A stretch of DNA of 64,000 bases from Peptococcaceae bacterium. Its GTDB lineage: Bacteria > Bacillota > Peptococcia > Peptococcales > BICA1-8. The notes beneath the pieces were generated by a model, which had not been told where the DNA came from, searched no databases, and saw nothing but the letters and a program-made list of their open reading frames with translations. The stretch covers positions 244,374-308,373 of the forward strand of contig JBMNCQ010000004.1 of the NCBI GenBank assembly GCA_049366715.1, given 5' to 3'. Below, piece after piece: positions 61,577 to 64,000 of the stretch (positions are counted from its first letter, which is position 1; each line of letters starts with the position of its first letter). A program made the translations under genes and the position numbers.

Positions 61577-61982
61577 GCAAAAAAATATTTTAATGTAAAA
61601 GATTATCTTTATTTCCCTCATAAACATTACACAACCAGGGAGATTCCTTAGACTGGGAGAGCCTGTCATTATTACCCTGCGCAACAACCTGCCTGACCAT
61701 TTTATACAGCATTAATCTTTCATGGATCTCTTTTAAAGTCATATGACCCATAATAATACCTCCCCAAAACTCTAATCTCTATAAATAAATTAACCAATTT
61801 GACACCTTCCTAAACATGAATCATTAAAGCCGTCCGGTACCGGCAAAAATAATTCCACTCCTGCCGGTTATCTGGTAAAGTATAATTATCATCGCAAAGC
61901 ATATTTACTGCGCTTTCACGCCGTCACTTTTTTTATTATTCTACTTTTCACGCTTTTACTCTGTTAAAGAGGTGGCCTGGAT

Positions 61983-62684
61983 ATGAGTATTTTATCCTTT
62001 ATTTGGGAATTCATATTCCCTACTCCTAGAATCTGTCCCTTCTGTTCTGCCAAGCAGGAGAAACTTATGATTTGTTCAAGTTGCAGAACCATTTTGCAGG
62101 ATTATAAAGAAAGATTGACACAATGCACCAGATGCGGGACCTTTGGCAAACCCGGCAGAGTTTGCGATAACTGTAGAGAGTGGCCCGGATATCTCAAAAA
62201 AAATTTTACGGCCGTCCCCTACGAAAAGCAGTATCGGCACGCACTCCACCTGTTGAAGTTCAAAAAGCAAGGCTGGTTAACACCTGTTTTCGTAGAATTA
62301 ATGACCGAGGAACTGCCAGTAAGTGCCATAGATTTAATTATCCCGGTGCCCCTCCACCATAACCGTTTAAAAGAAAGAGGCTTTAATCAAGCCGCCCTAA
62401 TGGCTAAAGAAGCGGCCCGTAAATTAGAGCTTGCCTACGACGATAAAGTTTTGTATAGAATAATGGACACTCCCCACCAAACCGGCCTAACCAAAAGCCA
62501 GCGGCAAAGAAACCTCACCAATGCCTTCAGTGTTCCTGATGTCGCAAAGGTCCGGAGCCGTACGGTCCTGCTGGTAGACGATGTAATCACCAGCGGTACA
62601 ACGATTCGGGAATGTGCCAAAACCCTCCGTAAAGCAGGGGCCAAAGCTGTTTACAGCGCCACTTTTGCTGCCGGGATCAGATAG
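61983..62684 (+). CDS. comF: ComF(C) family phosphoribosyltransferase-like protein
   Basis: Zinc ribbon CxxC motifs, PVPLH, RGFNQA, LLVDDVITSGTT. Confidence 0.93.
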   Translation: MSILSFIWEFIFPTPRICPFCSAKQEKLMICSSCRTILQDYKERLTQCTRCGTFGKPGRVCDNCREWPGYLKKNFTAVPYEKQYRHALHLLKFKKQGWLTPVFVELMTEELPVSAIDLIIPVPLHHNRLKERGFNQAALMAKEAARKLELAYDDKVLYRIMDTPHQTGLTKSQRQRNLTNAFSVPDVAKVRSRTVLLVDDVITSGTTIRECAKTLRKAGAKAVYSATFAAGIR

Positions 62685-62738
62685 CGGTAAACTTGCAGCT
62701 TGCGTTAGCCCTTTGTCCGGGCAAGTAAATGCTAAACG

Positions 62739-62800
62739 CCCCAAAGGGTCAAAACTTGAGACGTATCGGTTAATACGCTGAGAATTTTGACCCTTTGGGG
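62739..62800. terminator. Long hairpin between convergent comF and codY-like genes
   Basis: 16-bp perfect inverted repeat CCCCAAAGGGTCAAAA/TTTTGACCCTTTGGGG with imperfect inner stem. Confidence 0.7.
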
Positions 62801-62833
62801 AAATAACGTCAGATGAAGCTTTACTGCTCCGTT

Positions 62834-63565
62834 TTAGATCTGAGCCAGTTCTTCGTACAGATAGTCATTTAGTACTTTAATATACGTGCCTTTCATCCCT
62901 AGTGAACGGGCATCAATAACACCGGCGCTTTCTAGTTTCCGTAGCGCATTAACGATCACTGAACGGGTTAATTTATACTGTTCAGCCAGTTTACTTGCTA
63001 CCAGAAAACCTTCACTGCCTTCTATTTCATTGAAAATGTATTTTACAGCCTCTAATTCAGAGTAGGATAAAACTTCTAAAGCCAGCTGCACTACGGTTTT
63101 CTTACGGGCTTCATTCTCGATTTTCTGATTAACAATACGCATAATCTGCATACCGGCTACTGAAGACCCGTACTCTGTAAGAATAACTTCCGCCGGACTA
63201 AAAGGCTGTCCTTTTCTGGTATAAACCAATGTCCCTAATCTCTCGCCGCTGCTTAAGACAGGAGCCAGAATTACATTGTAGTCATCCCTTTTGAGATTAA
63301 TTTCTGTCTGCGTATAACCGAAAATCCATTGCGTACATTCTTCGGAAAACTGCTTTCCTTCCAAATCTTCGGGACCAAATAAACTCTCTACTTCAATTTC
63401 AGATTGACCCAATAATCTACCTTTTCTTCCTATTATGTAGACATTGCACCCAATTATATCCCTGAGTTCATTGGCAATACTTTCAAAATCCAAAGCATTA
63501 CTTGCTGCCTTCTGCAATAATTGGTGCATTACTCTGGTCTTTTCTAATAAGGTTTGAATTTCCAT
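62834..63565 (-). CDS. codY: CodY-family transcriptional regulator (divergent)
   Basis: LLEKTR..QLLQ N-terminus, [15 protein letters not shown]…[18 protein letters not shown]…SLGMKGT. Confidence 0.88.
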   Translation of the reverse strand: [243 protein letters not shown]

Positions 63566-63777
63566 ACGAATAAAAATACCTCCTATATTTTGGATTTGTT
63601 AGTATTATTGCCAACAATATGTAATTTATACATTTAAAGTAAATTTCATTTGTGAAAAATTAATTTTTTCATATTTTTGTTTAATATTTTTAATTTTTCC
63701 ATATCTATGTTCAAAATTGAGCAGACAATACGATATTTTAAGGCGCAAACCCAGGCAGATACTCATTAAACATCCAT

Positions 63778-63836
63778 AATGGGACATAAGCTAAGGGACA
63801 TGCCTTCAGAGCATGTCCCTTAGCTTATGTCCCATT
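63778..63836. repeat. 26-bp perfect inverted repeat
   Basis: AATGGGACATAAGCTAAGGGACATGC-cttcaga-reverse complement. Confidence 0.9.
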
Positions 63837-63845
63837 TTCCTATCT

Positions 63846-64000
63846 TTATATTTCACTTCTCTCCAGGTAGCCATACAACATCTCTTTCACTTCTTCCAGG
63901 GTAGAGAGCTTATTTACATGATCCCTCATCCGCGCTGCATGGGGCAGGCCTTTAAAGTACCAGGCCATATGTTTACGCAGCTCTTTTACAGCTACTGCCT
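63846..64000 (-). CDS. dusB: tRNA-dihydrouridine synthase, 3' end (partial)
   Basis: Manual translation AVAVKELRKHMAWYFKGLPHAARMRDHVNKLSTLEEV. Confidence 0.8.
   Translation of the reverse strand, partial: AVAVKELRKHMAWYFKGLPHAARMRDHVNKLSTLEEVKEMLYGYLERSEI

Noticed and set aside
63640-63700. CodY box upstream of the codY-like gene
   Set aside because: The candidate I checked had 5 mismatches in very AT-rich DNA.

Overview
A mostly housekeeping window from a low-GC, motile, probably spore-forming Bacillota (Clostridia-like) chromosome, with nearly all genes on the minus strand. Gene order resembles the Bacillus-type block comF-yvyF-flgMNKL-fliW-csrA-flagellin-flaG-fliDS-hpf-secA-prfB-ftsEX-ctpA-minJ-uvrBA(C)-yvlD-rapZ-yvcK-whiA-rpoN. 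Inserted into it are a Tat-exported [NiFe] hydrogenase operon, a split transketolase, an amino-acid ABC transporter, an EAL phosphodiesterase and an AT-rich flagellin glycosylation island. I see no transposase, integrase, CRISPR-Cas, rRNA or tRNA. The least explained signal is intergenic: two dispersed repeat families that share one architecture. One is a set of 7-bp-period arrays, NNNNYRG in the 5' arm flipping to CYRNNNN in the 3' arm. The other is a set of degenerate ~30-bp-period arrays, with a GTCAG core flipping to CTGAC. Both fill spacers inside conserved operons. Also read from the sequence: an ANTAR-type antiterminator hairpin before the EAL gene, a DnaA-box cluster flanked by Spo0A boxes, six SigH-like and three SigD promoters, CsrA sites on the flagellin leader, the prfB +1 frameshift, small genes missing from the ORF track (ferredoxin, Spo0E-like), and a helical module shared head-to-tail by two glycosyltransferases. 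All family assignments are by motif recognition; no database search was run.
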